Part shown: one piece after another, positions 1 to 8,000 of the stretch
How positions within the stretch are numbered: the stretch's first letter is position 1
How the letters are laid out: each line of letters starts with the position of its first letter
Virus genome (UHGV): UHGV-1666403
Strand: one strand, 5' to 3'
Source: a virus
DNA length: 14,092 bases
Translations under genes and position numbers: made by a program
The notes under the pieces: generated by a model
Seen by the model: only the letters and a program-made list of their open reading frames with translations
Told to the model about the DNA's origin: nothing
The model's database searches: none

Positions 1-106
1 TTGGTGATTTTGAACTTTTGCTTTGCCACGGAACGGTCTGCGTTGTCGGGAAGATACGTGATCTGATCCTTCAACTCAGCAAAAGTTCGATTTATTCAAC
101 AAAGCC
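1..106. mobile_element. IS903-family (IS5 family) insertion sequence, terminal 106 bp only; body of element lies left of the window
   Basis: Reverse complement of 89..106 is GGCTTTGTTGAATAAATC, the 18-bp terminal inverted repeat I recognise from IS903/Tn903. The whole of 1..106 reads as the IS903 end sequence (revcomp GGCTTTGTTGAATAAATCGAACTTTTGCTGAGTTGAAGGATCAGATCACG...CAAAATCACCAA), about one mismatch from the copy I remember. The same 18-mer recurs at 14039..14056. Boundary is +/-1 bp (a C at 107 could extend the repeat). Confidence 0.8.
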
Positions 107-133
107 CCTCCAGTGCTCCAGATATTGAATGGC

Positions 134-736
134 CTATGCCTCCGGCAGTTCAGGCCAGATGACATCCGGCGCGGTGCTGGTATCTGTTGCCACCACCGCG
201 TCAATGTAATCCAGCACAGCGTTAAGTCTGGTTGTTTCTTCCTGCGTAAGTTTACGTCCGGCCTGTAATTTCAGCTGAATCAGACCGACGGAATTCATTG
301 CTGCATCAATCAGTGACTGGCGTTGGATTTCTGCCGCGTCCACTGCGGCGCTACATTGTGCCTCAGTATCCGTCACCCATTTCTCACCATCCCATTTATC
401 GTATGGTGTTAACGGGGCGATAGTGGTTGTATTTTCGGGGTAATCACCCAGAGATGTGATTTCTTTCGATTCTCCTGTTTCGGTGCTATAGACCGTTTCA
501 CCGCGATGGTCTGACACATATTCCCATGAGTTTAAATCTACCGTTCGGCAGATTGCATAACCAGCTTTGTTTGAGCCAGGAGCATCTAAACAGGAATGCG
601 CCGGAATACCGACACCCACCGCAAGATACTCAGTTGATGTGGATATATATTCCCGCGTTTCTCCGTTGTAGTTATAAACGGTAATGAAGCCGGGTTCCGT
701 GGCAATAAATTCACTGTTTAATTTTGCCTGTGTCAT
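134..736 (-). CDS. G: Tail fiber assembly chaperone (P2 G / lambda Tfa family)
   Basis: 200 aa ORF directly downstream of the tail fiber gene. Contains Tfa-family motifs (DHRGETVY, KWDGEKWVTDTEA, and C-terminal TDTSTAPDVIWPELP resembling lambda Tfa VDTSTAPDIEWP). Start ATG at 736 overlaps the H stop (TAATG). Confidence 0.9.
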   Translation of the reverse strand: MTQAKLNSEFIATEPGFITVYNYNGETREYISTSTEYLAVGVGIPAHSCLDAPGSNKAGYAICRTVDLNSWEYVSDHRGETVYSTETGESKEITSLGDYPENTTTIAPLTPYDKWDGEKWVTDTEAQCSAAVDAAEIQRQSLIDAAMNSVGLIQLKLQAGRKLTQEETTRLNAVLDYIDAVVATDTSTAPDVIWPELPEA

Positions 737-1974
737 TATGCAGCCCTCACAATGTAGTTAAATGCAATGTTGCGGGGGCGCGTTTCATTTCCGCCGGTGT
801 CGTCGGTATCTCTGCCTGCACTGCCGTTAAAATCGTATACAGCACCAGTCCCTCCATCTACAGCCCAGGCTCTAAAAAACGAAAAATTGTGGTGGTGCGC
901 TTTAAATAAATCGGACTGCGCCGAGAGAAGCGCGCGCCCTGCATCCACCCCGCGCCCATCATCCCATCCACGAATAAACTCACCGCGTAAATCAGGTAAT
1001 TTATTTGTTGGATAAGCCTTTGCCAGTTCCGGGTATTCTTCAGCAGAAAATGCCGCACCATTGCATTTCAGCCAGCCTGTTGGAGGAGTGGCTGAAGGCC
1101 ACGGAACAGGTACACCAACGGGTAACGCTGAGCCTTCTCCCAAACCAAGGTATGTGAGAAGACCAGCTACATCCTTTCCACTCAAATGAGTCAGCGTATT
1201 GTCCAGCGGTTGTTTACCTGCCAGCGCATTGTTAATGGTGGTACTGAATTTCGGGTCATTGTTAATGGCTGCGGCAATTTCTTTCAGTGTATCCAGCGTG
1301 GCAGGCGCACCGTTAATCAGAGCGGTAATAGCAGCCTGTACAAACGCAGTGGTCGCAATCCGCGTGGTGTTATTTCCTGCGGCAGGCGTCGGCGCTTTTG
1401 GTTCTCCGGTAAATGTCGGATTATGTTTCTGTGCATACTGGGTATGAGGATCCTGTGCGGCAATGTGGTTTCTCATCTGTTCATCCACATACAGCCTTAA
1501 TTCCAGGACTTCATCATCCACGTATTTACGGGTCGCCAGTACCACCGATGGGTCGATTTTCAGCGTAATAGCTTCGGTATTCGTGACAACCAGAATCATG
1601 CGGATAGTCTGGGTACGACCACTGCCTTCCTGCAACTGCGGTTTGTACGTTTCCGGGCAGTTCGCCACCGCAATGAGTACGCCTTCATCATCATAAAGCC
1701 CAATCTCACGGATCCAGAATCCGCCCTCGTTCTCAGGGATGATTTGCTCCGCAATAATCTGGCTCTGGTTGTTCGGGTCAACACTCAGAAGATTCAGCGG
1801 TGCAATGCGTTTCTGATTAATCAGTTTTGTCTGTGCCGGGTCTGGTGTCGGCAAGACACCATTCGCATCACCAACGGCCATTTGCGTCAGATTCAGCTTA
1901 CTGCCGAGCATCGTCGCGTTAGCCAGCCGTGCCGCGCCCTGATTAGTCAGAATGGCGTAGTATTTCACTGTCAT
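736..1974 (-). CDS. H: Tail fiber protein (P2 H-like N-terminal domain; C-terminal tail-collar-type receptor-binding domain)
   Basis: 412 aa. The N-terminus (TQMAVGDANGVLPTPDPAQT, GGFWIREIGLYDDEGVLIAVANCPETYKPQLQEGSGR) matches the conserved N-terminal domain of P2 gpH-type fibers. The C-terminus (LPDLRGEFIRGWDDGRG...GNETRPRNIAFNYIV) looks like a phage tail collar domain. Position between baseplate I and chaperone G. Start overlaps the I stop (ATGA). Confidence 0.9.
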   Translation of the reverse strand: MTVKYYAILTNQGAARLANATMLGSKLNLTQMAVGDANGVLPTPDPAQTKLINQKRIAPLNLLSVDPNNQSQIIAEQIIPENEGGFWIREIGLYDDEGVLIAVANCPETYKPQLQEGSGRTQTIRMILVVTNTEAITLKIDPSVVLATRKYVDDEVLELRLYVDEQMRNHIAAQDPHTQYAQKHNPTFTGEPKAPTPAAGNNTTRIATTAFVQAAITALINGAPATLDTLKEIAAAINNDPKFSTTINNALAGKQPLDNTLTHLSGKDVAGLLTYLGLGEGSALPVGVPVPWPSATPPTGWLKCNGAAFSAEEYPELAKAYPTNKLPDLRGEFIRGWDDGRGVDAGRALLSAQSDLFKAHHHNFSFFRAWAVDGGTGAVYDFNGSAGRDTDDTGGNETRPRNIAFNYIVRAA

Positions 1975-2582
1975 GCGTTTACTCTCAGGTTATCAATTAA
2001 ATGAATGGCCGAGGCCGGGAAATAATCCCCTCCGACAATAATGGCCTCCGGGGTGTAGGGATAAACCGTCAGGGCGTCGCCGTGATAGCATCCCGCACCG
2101 GCAAAAATGTTGCCGGTTGTACTTAAACTGATAGCCAGTCCCGTCAGATGGCGGCTTGCCGGTTTTGCATCAGCAACGAGGCGCTCCAGCTCCTGATACA
2201 TTTCCTCGGTAATACCCTGCTCAAGCACGCCAACAACGATGCGGAACGTCCCCGGCTCCTCGTTGAGCTGCCACCACTCCCTCACCTCAATCAGATAGCC
2301 GAGCGGCTCCACCACACGCCGGATTGCGCCTATAGTGCCCTTATGGCAGTGAATGAAATACGCATCGCGGATAACAGCGCGTTTTGTCGCTTCCGGCCAC
2401 TTATCATCCCAGCGGTCAACCGAAAATGACCACGCCAGCCACGGCAGCAGATTTGCCGGGCAGGTGTCCGGGTTCCACAGCTTACGAATACTGACCGGCG
2501 TTTTTTCAATTTCCGCACAGGCTTTTGCGGCAGCGACTTCAAGCGGTGATGAGCCGGTCGGCAGCAGTCGCGAATCACTCAT
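1971..2582 (-). CDS. I: Baseplate assembly / tail formation protein (P2 gpI family)
   Basis: 203 aa ORF between J and H with P2 synteny; overlaps the J stop by 8 nt. Start could be an internal Met; I did not resolve this. Confidence 0.8.
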   Translation of the reverse strand: MSDSRLLPTGSSPLEVAAAKACAEIEKTPVSIRKLWNPDTCPANLLPWLAWSFSVDRWDDKWPEATKRAVIRDAYFIHCHKGTIGAIRRVVEPLGYLIEVREWWQLNEEPGTFRIVVGVLEQGITEEMYQELERLVADAKPASRHLTGLAISLSTTGNIFAGAGCYHGDALTVYPYTPEAIIVGGDYFPASAIHLIDNLRVNA

Positions 2583-3483
2583 CCGAGCCTCCGGTCACGA
2601 CGCTGTATTCGGTACAGAAAGACGCCTGCGTATTGTTGAGCACGATGTCGGCCAGCGGTGCAGCCAGTTCGACACGCTGCACGCCTTCCACATGCAAAGC
2701 GGCATAAATGGCAGACAGTCGGATGTCGCGCCCCAGCCGGTGCTGTGCCGTGATATACGCTTCCAGTTTTTTCACGGCGGCAGCGCGAATGGGTTCGCTT
2801 TCGGGGCCAGGATAAAGGTAAAGCGTGGCATTTATCTGGTATTCAACGATGACGGCAGACTGCACGGTCACACGGTCGGCCACCGGTCTGACGTCCTCAC
2901 CATTAAGGGCGTTGCGCACCACCGCCAGCAGGTCTTCGGATGCCACACCGTTATTTTCACGTGACAGCACAGAGATGGTGACGCAGGCCGGAGACGGACT
3001 GGTGACAGAAATATCCGCGACACGCCCGTCGGCACTGCGACCATGATACTGATAGGCTCCCACCGACCCGGCGACGCTTAAGCCCTCAAACGCCTGCTGA
3101 ATACGCAGACGATAATCGGTGTCAGACTCCATCACTGCCGGTGTCGGCGGGATGGTCGAATCATCTGCCGGGGTGATAATCAGGCGCGTGGTGTTGTAAT
3201 TGGCACCAATCACATCAAGGTCATTACCGGCGGCACAGGCCAGCATTACCGCCCGTGCGGCCTCATTCACACGCTGACGCCAGATAAGCTCACGATAAGC
3301 ATTTTCCTCCAGCAGTTTGACGAGAGGCTCGGATTCCAGCGTCAGGGTACGGGCAACCGCCTCCTGCTGGTCTTCCGGGTAAAGGGAAATCAGTGTCGCC
3401 TTGCGTTCGGCAAGAATGGTTTCAAAGTCCAGCTCCTCGACCACATCCGGTGCGGGTAGCTGGTTCAGGTCGATAATCGGCAT
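2575..3483 (-). CDS. J: Baseplate wedge protein (P2 gpJ / T4 gp6-like)
   Basis: 302 aa ORF following W, typical size and position for baseplate J. Confidence 0.88.
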   Translation of the reverse strand: MPIIDLNQLPAPDVVEELDFETILAERKATLISLYPEDQQEAVARTLTLESEPLVKLLEENAYRELIWRQRVNEAARAVMLACAAGNDLDVIGANYNTTRLIITPADDSTIPPTPAVMESDTDYRLRIQQAFEGLSVAGSVGAYQYHGRSADGRVADISVTSPSPACVTISVLSRENNGVASEDLLAVVRNALNGEDVRPVADRVTVQSAVIVEYQINATLYLYPGPESEPIRAAAVKKLEAYITAQHRLGRDIRLSAIYAALHVEGVQRVELAAPLADIVLNNTQASFCTEYSVVTGGSDE

Positions 3484-3487
3484 GGTT

Positions 3488-3835
3488 TCAACTCACAGGG
3501 ATGGTTAACGAAAGTGGCTGGCCGGTGTCGCTGTGCTGGCCGGTTAACGTGACCGTCATTCGCCCGTCAAAACTGCGCTCAGTGGTGACGGATGACAGGG
3601 TGACGCGGGGTTCCCATTTCAGCACCGCCATGTAACAGGCGACCTTAATCTGCAACTCAAGCGCCGGGGTCTGCGGCTGGTCAATCATTGACGCCAGCAA
3701 TGAGCCGTAATCACGACGCATCACCCGTGAGCCGACCGGCGTGCGCAGGATATCGCCGATACTCTGGCTGATATGCTCAAGGTCAGTGACAGTCAGGCCA
3801 TCACTGCGATTCATTCCAAGATAACGCGCTGTCAT
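3488..3835 (-). CDS. W: Baseplate wedge protein (P2 gpW / T4 gp25-like)
   Basis: 115 aa, the size and position of GPW/gp25-family proteins. Start ATG overlaps the V stop (ATGA). Confidence 0.88.
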   Translation of the reverse strand: MTARYLGMNRSDGLTVTDLEHISQSIGDILRTPVGSRVMRRDYGSLLASMIDQPQTPALELQIKVACYMAVLKWEPRVTLSSVTTERSFDGRMTVTLTGQHSDTGQPLSLTIPVS

Positions 3836-4467
3836 AGAGGACTCCCGGTTGTGCCGCCGCTGTCGCCGGGGTGTTTATGGGTATGCAGTACCTTACCGTT
3901 TGATGAGAGTTCACCGCCGGTATGTTTAATGTTGCCGCGCATCGTCCCGCCCTTCTGCACTTCCAGCGTGCCGGTAATCAGTCTGTTGGTGCAGACCACC
4001 TCCGGGGTGTCCAGGGTGATGCGGGTTGACGCTTTCACCATGACCACCGGCACCGTGGCAGTAACAGAATCAGAAGCCGTCACGCTGGCCGTTTTAATTC
4101 CGCTTACCGTGAGTGCACTGGTTTCGGGTTCATACTCAATCACCGCCCCGTCAGGGAAACGGATATGCAGGGCATCCGCCGACGTAGACGGCGCGGGGTT
4201 ATCGCCGGAATAAATCCCCGGCAGAACGAACGCCGTGTCGAGTTCACCGCCCACGGCCAGAATCAGCACCTGTTCCCCCACGGAAGGTGCCCACCATGTG
4301 CGCGAACGTCCGGCGCGATGGGTCAGCCACTGAAGCCAGTCGGTGCACATGCCGCCGGTCTGCACACGGCAGCGACCGGCGTTAAGGTCGGTTTCGACGA
4401 TAATGCCGGTGCGGATCATGTTGCGCAGTGCGCGCGCGAGTTCCTGAATATTTGCGAGAGTGTTCAT
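3832..4467 (-). CDS. V: Baseplate central spike/hub protein (P2 gpV)
   Basis: 211 aa, first gene after the S-V intergenic gap. C-terminal His-rich tip (KVLHTHKHPGDSGG) resembles the metal-binding apex of gpV-type spikes. Confidence 0.88.
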   Translation of the reverse strand: MNTLANIQELARALRNMIRTGIIVETDLNAGRCRVQTGGMCTDWLQWLTHRAGRSRTWWAPSVGEQVLILAVGGELDTAFVLPGIYSGDNPAPSTSADALHIRFPDGAVIEYEPETSALTVSGIKTASVTASDSVTATVPVVMVKASTRITLDTPEVVCTNRLITGTLEVQKGGTMRGNIKHTGGELSSNGKVLHTHKHPGDSGGTTGSPL

Positions 4468-4533
4468 AACGGGAAGGATGCCGCCGGGTCATACCGGCGG
4501 CAATGTGCCGATGAGGTGTCGGGAATGGCACAA
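4468..4533 (-). promoter_or_regulatory. Putative internal late promoter region (by position analogous to P2 P_V) with a GC-rich hairpin
   Basis: The only substantial intergenic gap (66 bp) in the tail operon. Perfect 8-bp inverted repeat GCCGCCGG (4480..4487) / CCGGCGGC (4494..4501) with a 6-nt loop. A TGT-N10-ACA dyad at 4517..4532 abuts the S stop. No -10/-35 assignment made. Confidence 0.3.
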
Positions 4534-4986
4534 CTAACGGTCGAGGTGAGCCAGGATAATCTCTTCAATCATCTGCACATCCTCACCGGTAAAGCCGAGC
4601 AGAGGACGCGCCGGATAATCAATTTTCTTACCGTCTTTCCGGTTTTCTTCCGACAGACCGAACTGATGCACACTGGCGATTTTCGGCGACTTCCCGCCGT
4701 AAAACTCCATTGATGCCTGCTCCGGGCTGGCGCGGATATGCAAAAAACGACTGGTGATAAGTTTCGCAAACATTTTTCGCTTAACGCGACCGGTCTTTTT
4801 TCTGGCGCTCTGCTGCTGGCGTGGCACGTAGGGTGTGCCGTCCGGGGCTTTCTGTGCCATCACCCGACGCTGCTGACTCTGCCGCAGACGTTTCGCCAGT
4901 TCGGCACTCAGTCGTCGACGCCCTGACGGTGACAGCGACTCAATCAGTCCGGTCAGCCGGTCTTCAAAACGCTTAAACTCATTCAT
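4534..4986 (-). CDS. S: Tail completion / virion morphogenesis protein (P2 gpS family)
   Basis: 150 aa ORF downstream of R (8-nt overlap), with P2 synteny. Basic central region. Confidence 0.8.
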   Translation of the reverse strand: MNEFKRFEDRLTGLIESLSPSGRRRLSAELAKRLRQSQQRRVMAQKAPDGTPYVPRQQQSARKKTGRVKRKMFAKLITSRFLHIRASPEQASMEFYGGKSPKIASVHQFGLSEENRKDGKKIDYPARPLLGFTGEDVQMIEEIILAHLDR

Positions 4987-5446
4987 CCCACTTGCTCACC
5001 AGTTCGCCATTGATATAAAGCTCCATCGGGCGGGTGACCGGCTCCGGCGGCGTGGGTTCCGGGATATTCTTCACATGCAGCGCGCCGTCCACCTCACTGA
5101 CCAGCGTGCGCTCGGTCAGCATCAGGCTGATGCTGATATCAAAGCTGCTGTCATTGTTGATGTCTGCATAAAACGTGAAGCCCTTTTTCTGACCTTCGTC
5201 AGTGGTCATGATGTCGGGCTGATTTTCCCGCAGCCACGCCAGCACCGGCACGATGAGCAGGTCAAAATCACCGGTAAAGTCGGTCACAATCACATTGAGC
5301 GTGTAACGCTTTTCGAACGACAGCGACGTCGCCAGCGTGGAGGCAATACTCCCGTTATCCACGAATATCCGAAGCATCTCTGGACTGGTTTTCAGCACCG
5401 TGACGGCATCAGTCAGCGCCCTGCGCAGGCTGTCGGGTTTGAGCAT
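4979..5446 (-). CDS. R: Tail completion protein (P2 gpR family)
   Basis: 155 aa ORF immediately after the lysis cassette, with P2 synteny. Start at 5446 lies inside the 3' end of lysC. Confidence 0.8.
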   Translation of the reverse strand: MLKPDSLRRALTDAVTVLKTSPEMLRIFVDNGSIASTLATSLSFEKRYTLNVIVTDFTGDFDLLIVPVLAWLRENQPDIMTTDEGQKKGFTFYADINNDSSFDISISLMLTERTLVSEVDGALHVKNIPEPTPPEPVTRPMELYINGELVSKWDE

Positions 5447-5699
5447 CGTTTTCGTCCTGACAGTGTTTAATCATTTTTACCTGGCTGGCACAGCGTGCCA
5501 GCGCGTTCTCAAGCTGCCGGATATCAGCACTTAAATCGCCGTTCGTCTCCGGGTCACTGCCCGGCATCGGGCAAAGGCTCACTTTCGGGCAGGCGTTGGC
5601 GACAATCACTGGCGTCGGTGCAGGCCGGGCGCTGGTGCAACCGGCGCACAGCATCAGGCAGGTCAGCACCGTACCAGCGGCGAAAATCTTCGTTTTCAT
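5409..5699 (-). CDS. lysC: Outer-membrane spanin lipoprotein (o-spanin; P2 LysC / Rz1-like)
   Basis: 96 aa. N-terminal signal peptide with a lipobox-like LMLCAGC followed by a Pro-rich mature region. Starts in an alternate frame inside lysB (GAGG 9 nt upstream of the ATG at 5699) and extends beyond it. Confidence 0.8.
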   Translation of the reverse strand: MKTKIFAAGTVLTCLMLCAGCTSARPAPTPVIVANACPKVSLCPMPGSDPETNGDLSADIRQLENALARCASQVKMIKHCQDENDAQTRQPAQGAD

Positions 5700-5979
5700 T
5701 CAGTAACCTCGTGATGGTTTTCTCGCGCTGTGCTTCACGCTTCGCGGCGTTTTCCAGCTCCTGACGCAGTGCCACCTGCGCCAGCTCGTTTTTGTCTGCC
5801 CTGGTGAGGGCAACATGAAGCTGATTTTTCAGCATGGTGATGGTCGTCTGCTGCCCGCTGGCGACGTTATTCGCCCTGTCCAGCGAGGCGCGCAGGCTGG
5901 CATTTTTGTGTTTCACCAGAAACAGACCGGACACCGCCAGCGATAACAACACGACCAGCACAATCATCAGCTTTGACAT
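5554..5979 (-). CDS. lysB: Inner-membrane spanin (i-spanin; P2 LysB / Rz-like)
   Basis: 141 aa. N-terminal transmembrane anchor (LMIVLVVLLSLAVSGLFLV) followed by a charged, coiled-coil-like periplasmic domain. Contains the lysC start. Confidence 0.82.
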   Translation of the reverse strand: MSKLMIVLVVLLSLAVSGLFLVKHKNASLRASLDRANNVASGQQTTITMLKNQLHVALTRADKNELAQVALRQELENAAKREAQREKTITRLLNENEDFRRWYGADLPDAVRRLHQRPACTDASDCRQRLPESEPLPDAGQ

Positions 5980-6392
5980 GGTTCCCGCCCCTCAAAACGC
6001 TGACGGCAGGCCGTGCGTATCAGCCGGAAAAACAGTGACGCCACGAGATAAATCAGCGCGGTAAAAATCCATCCGGCGGCGACCAGCGAGATAAATGTCG
6101 CCACCATCACCACCAGAGCCGCCGCCCGTCTGCGCCACGGCACCGGCTGCAAAAACAGCGACGTGACAATCTTCACGGCCAGCGATTCCGGCGGCAGCTC
6201 CCGCCCGTAGCGTTCCAGCACATACTCCGTGGCATACACGCCGACACCACCGGCAACCACACAGATAACCGTCGCCAGAATCGCCCAGGCAGCGACAAAA
6301 CTGACGGCCACGCTCTGCGGGTAAATCAGGGACAGTGCCAGCATCAGCGCCAGCGACACGTTCAGCATCAGTGAAAGGGATAATTTCTTCAT
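5967..6392 (-). CDS. lysA: Lysis timing/regulatory membrane protein (P2 LysA-like)
   Basis: 141 aa, strongly hydrophobic with several predicted transmembrane helices, placed between the endolysin and the spanins as in P2. Confidence 0.75.
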   Translation of the reverse strand: MKKLSLSLMLNVSLALMLALSLIYPQSVAVSFVAAWAILATVICVVAGGVGVYATEYVLERYGRELPPESLAVKIVTSLFLQPVPWRRRAAALVVMVATFISLVAAGWIFTALIYLVASLFFRLIRTACRQRFEGREPCQS

Positions 6393-6406
6393 GGTGTTTA
6401 CTCCGT

Positions 6407-6904
6407 TTAAGCCGGTACGCCGCCAGCGGTACGCCAGACGGTGACCAGTTTTTCCAGTGAATGCTCACGCTGACCGTAACCGGCACCCGGCAGGGACGCC
6501 CAGATATTGCGACAGCGTGAAATGGCGCGCTCAATGCGTCCCGCCCGGATGTCATCCAGTGCACCGCGTTCGCGGATCAACTGAATGGCAAGTCTGTCCT
6601 GTGACAACGGACTGAAATCCGGCAGGGCAAGCTGTTTGCGGTAATGCGGCCAGAACAGGTAAAGCTGCTGATAGCGACCGGAGGCCGTGGATTTTTCACC
6701 GCGACGGTTAAACACCTTCGCCGGTCGGCCATGTGCGAACGGGTGGTCACTGTAGTCGGTGAAAATTTCCGGCTTCCCGTCCAGTCCGGTGACTATCACG
6801 TCATAGCCCCGGTTTTTCGTCAGCGGATGGTTTGCCGTCCCTTCGGACACGGCCAGCATGTCGAGAAAGGCGGCGATATTCTGATGCGTGTTAATAACCG
6901 GCAT
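6407..6904 (-). CDS. K: Endolysin (lambda R-like lytic transglycosylase / phage lysozyme family; P2 K)
   Basis: 165 aa with close motif matches to lambda R: FLDMLAVSEGT (catalytic Glu), GYDVIV, FTDYSDHP, GRYQ, DFSP, RCRNIWASLPGAGYGQ. Start overlaps the holin stop (TAATG). Confidence 0.93.
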   Translation of the reverse strand: MPVINTHQNIAAFLDMLAVSEGTANHPLTKNRGYDVIVTGLDGKPEIFTDYSDHPFAHGRPAKVFNRRGEKSTASGRYQQLYLFWPHYRKQLALPDFSPLSQDRLAIQLIRERGALDDIRAGRIERAISRCRNIWASLPGAGYGQREHSLEKLVTVWRTAGGVPA

Positions 6905-7185
6905 TACGGTTTCCCCCTGCCCTTAAAGCGGCGCTGAATGGCAATCTCAATCACCTGATAACCGGCGATACCCAGCATGGAGCCGATACCGCACACCGCA
7001 GGCAGTGACAGGTCAGGAAACTGCACCAGAACAACACCGGCAACCATCGAGACAAAACCACCGAGCAACATGCGCCCGATAAACAGACGCGGGGTGATGG
7101 GTTCACCACCGGCAAGCACCTTGCCGACAACAATCAGCACCCCAATCATGAAAAGCGACAGGACGCTTTTTTCTTCTGCTGTCAT
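6904..7185 (-). CDS. Y: Holin (P2 Y)
   Basis: 93 aa with hydrophobic transmembrane segments and a charged C-terminus (RRFKGRGKP), immediately upstream of the endolysin. Confidence 0.85.
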   Translation of the reverse strand: MTAEEKSVLSLFMIGVLIVVGKVLAGGEPITPRLFIGRMLLGGFVSMVAGVVLVQFPDLSLPAVCGIGSMLGIAGYQVIEIAIQRRFKGRGKP

Positions 7186-7188
7186 GCG

Positions 7189-7392
7189 TTACTCCCACAG
7201 ATTGACAGTTTCAGCCACGGGCGCGGTCTGAACGTCGGGCAGTTCGACGGCGGTGCCGTGTGGCAGCACCGCACCCAGTTCAGCCAGTCCCGGATTTGCG
7301 GCGAGCACGGTCTCAACCACGCCCTCAGTGCGCCCGTAATACCGGACACAAATGGCGTCGAGCGTGTCGCCCTGTAGCGCAAAGGTCTTCAT
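7189..7392 (-). CDS. X: Tail protein X (LysM-like; P2 gpX)
   Basis: 67 aa from the internal ATG at 7392 (MKTFALQGDTLDAICVRYYG... LysM-like motif). This ATG overlaps the L stop (ATGA). The longer 90-aa ORF in the track would run into L and is rejected. Confidence 0.85.
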   Translation of the reverse strand: MKTFALQGDTLDAICVRYYGRTEGVVETVLAANPGLAELGAVLPHGTAVELPDVQTAPVAETVNLWE

Positions 7393-7901
7393 CAGATTTG
7401 ACTCACGATGCAGCGCGGCTTGTCCTGGATGCGCGCCACTGCCCAGCGCATATCCCGCCACAGCTCATCAATGGTGCTGTCAATGCTGTCGGCCTTCTTG
7501 TCGCCTTTCGCACTGGCATCCACACCGCGATAACGTTCATAAAGCGACGCGGTCGCCATCGCACACACGGCGCGCTCGTAGTAAAAAACTTTGATGCTTT
7601 CACCGTCGATGTCGTCCGCCGGGACGTCCGCCAGACGCGTAAAACCGGCGGCAATTTTCTGTTCGCGGTACTCGTACAGCTCCGCATTCGTCTCCGCCAT
7701 GCCTGACTTGATGGCCTCACGCAGACGGGCGGGGGCGACGGTCTGCTCAAGGCGCATACGTTCCCGGACGCGCTTCGGGTCGATATCGGGAAAAAAGAAC
7801 GTGTTTTTAATCACCGGCTCGTCGCCTGCCGGTTGCGGGATGACCACCGTACCCTCACCGGACACGGGAGCCTCCTTTCGCGGAATAATCAGCGTCATCA
7901 T
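7392..7901 (-). CDS. L: Head completion/stabilization protein (P2 gpL)
   Basis: 169 aa from the ATG at 7901 (MMTLIIPRKE...), which has a GAGG Shine-Dalgarno 6 nt upstream. The ORF-track start at 7961 lacks a comparable ribosome-binding site. Confidence 0.85.
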   Translation of the reverse strand: MMTLIIPRKEAPVSGEGTVVIPQPAGDEPVIKNTFFFPDIDPKRVRERMRLEQTVAPARLREAIKSGMAETNAELYEYREQKIAAGFTRLADVPADDIDGESIKVFYYERAVCAMATASLYERYRGVDASAKGDKKADSIDSTIDELWRDMRWAVARIQDKPRCIVSQI

Positions 7902-8000
7902 GACTACCTCTGAAAAGTCGGGCGGTGGACGCCGGTGCAGTGTCAGGTGATTCACCCTCACTGACCGGCGTGCCGCCCTGGCGCGGGGCGCATTCGGTTG

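Noticed and set aside
2353-2964. 203-aa + strand ORF antisense to baseplate genes I/J
   Set aside because: Lies wholly within well-supported - strand genes, with no ribosome-binding site or recognisable motifs. Long antisense ORFs are expected in GC-rich coding DNA.
4165-4713. 182-aa + strand ORF spanning the V start, the S-V gap and the S 3' end
   Set aside because: Crosses the intergenic region antisense to two assigned genes. Translation is Arg-rich with no recognisable domain.
7393-7461. Longer 90-aa version of X, and likewise longer versions of L (to 7961) and O (to 10794)
   Set aside because: Each extension would overlap the upstream gene or lack a ribosome-binding site. Internal ATGs give proteins with proper Shine-Dalgarno sequences and P2-like sizes.
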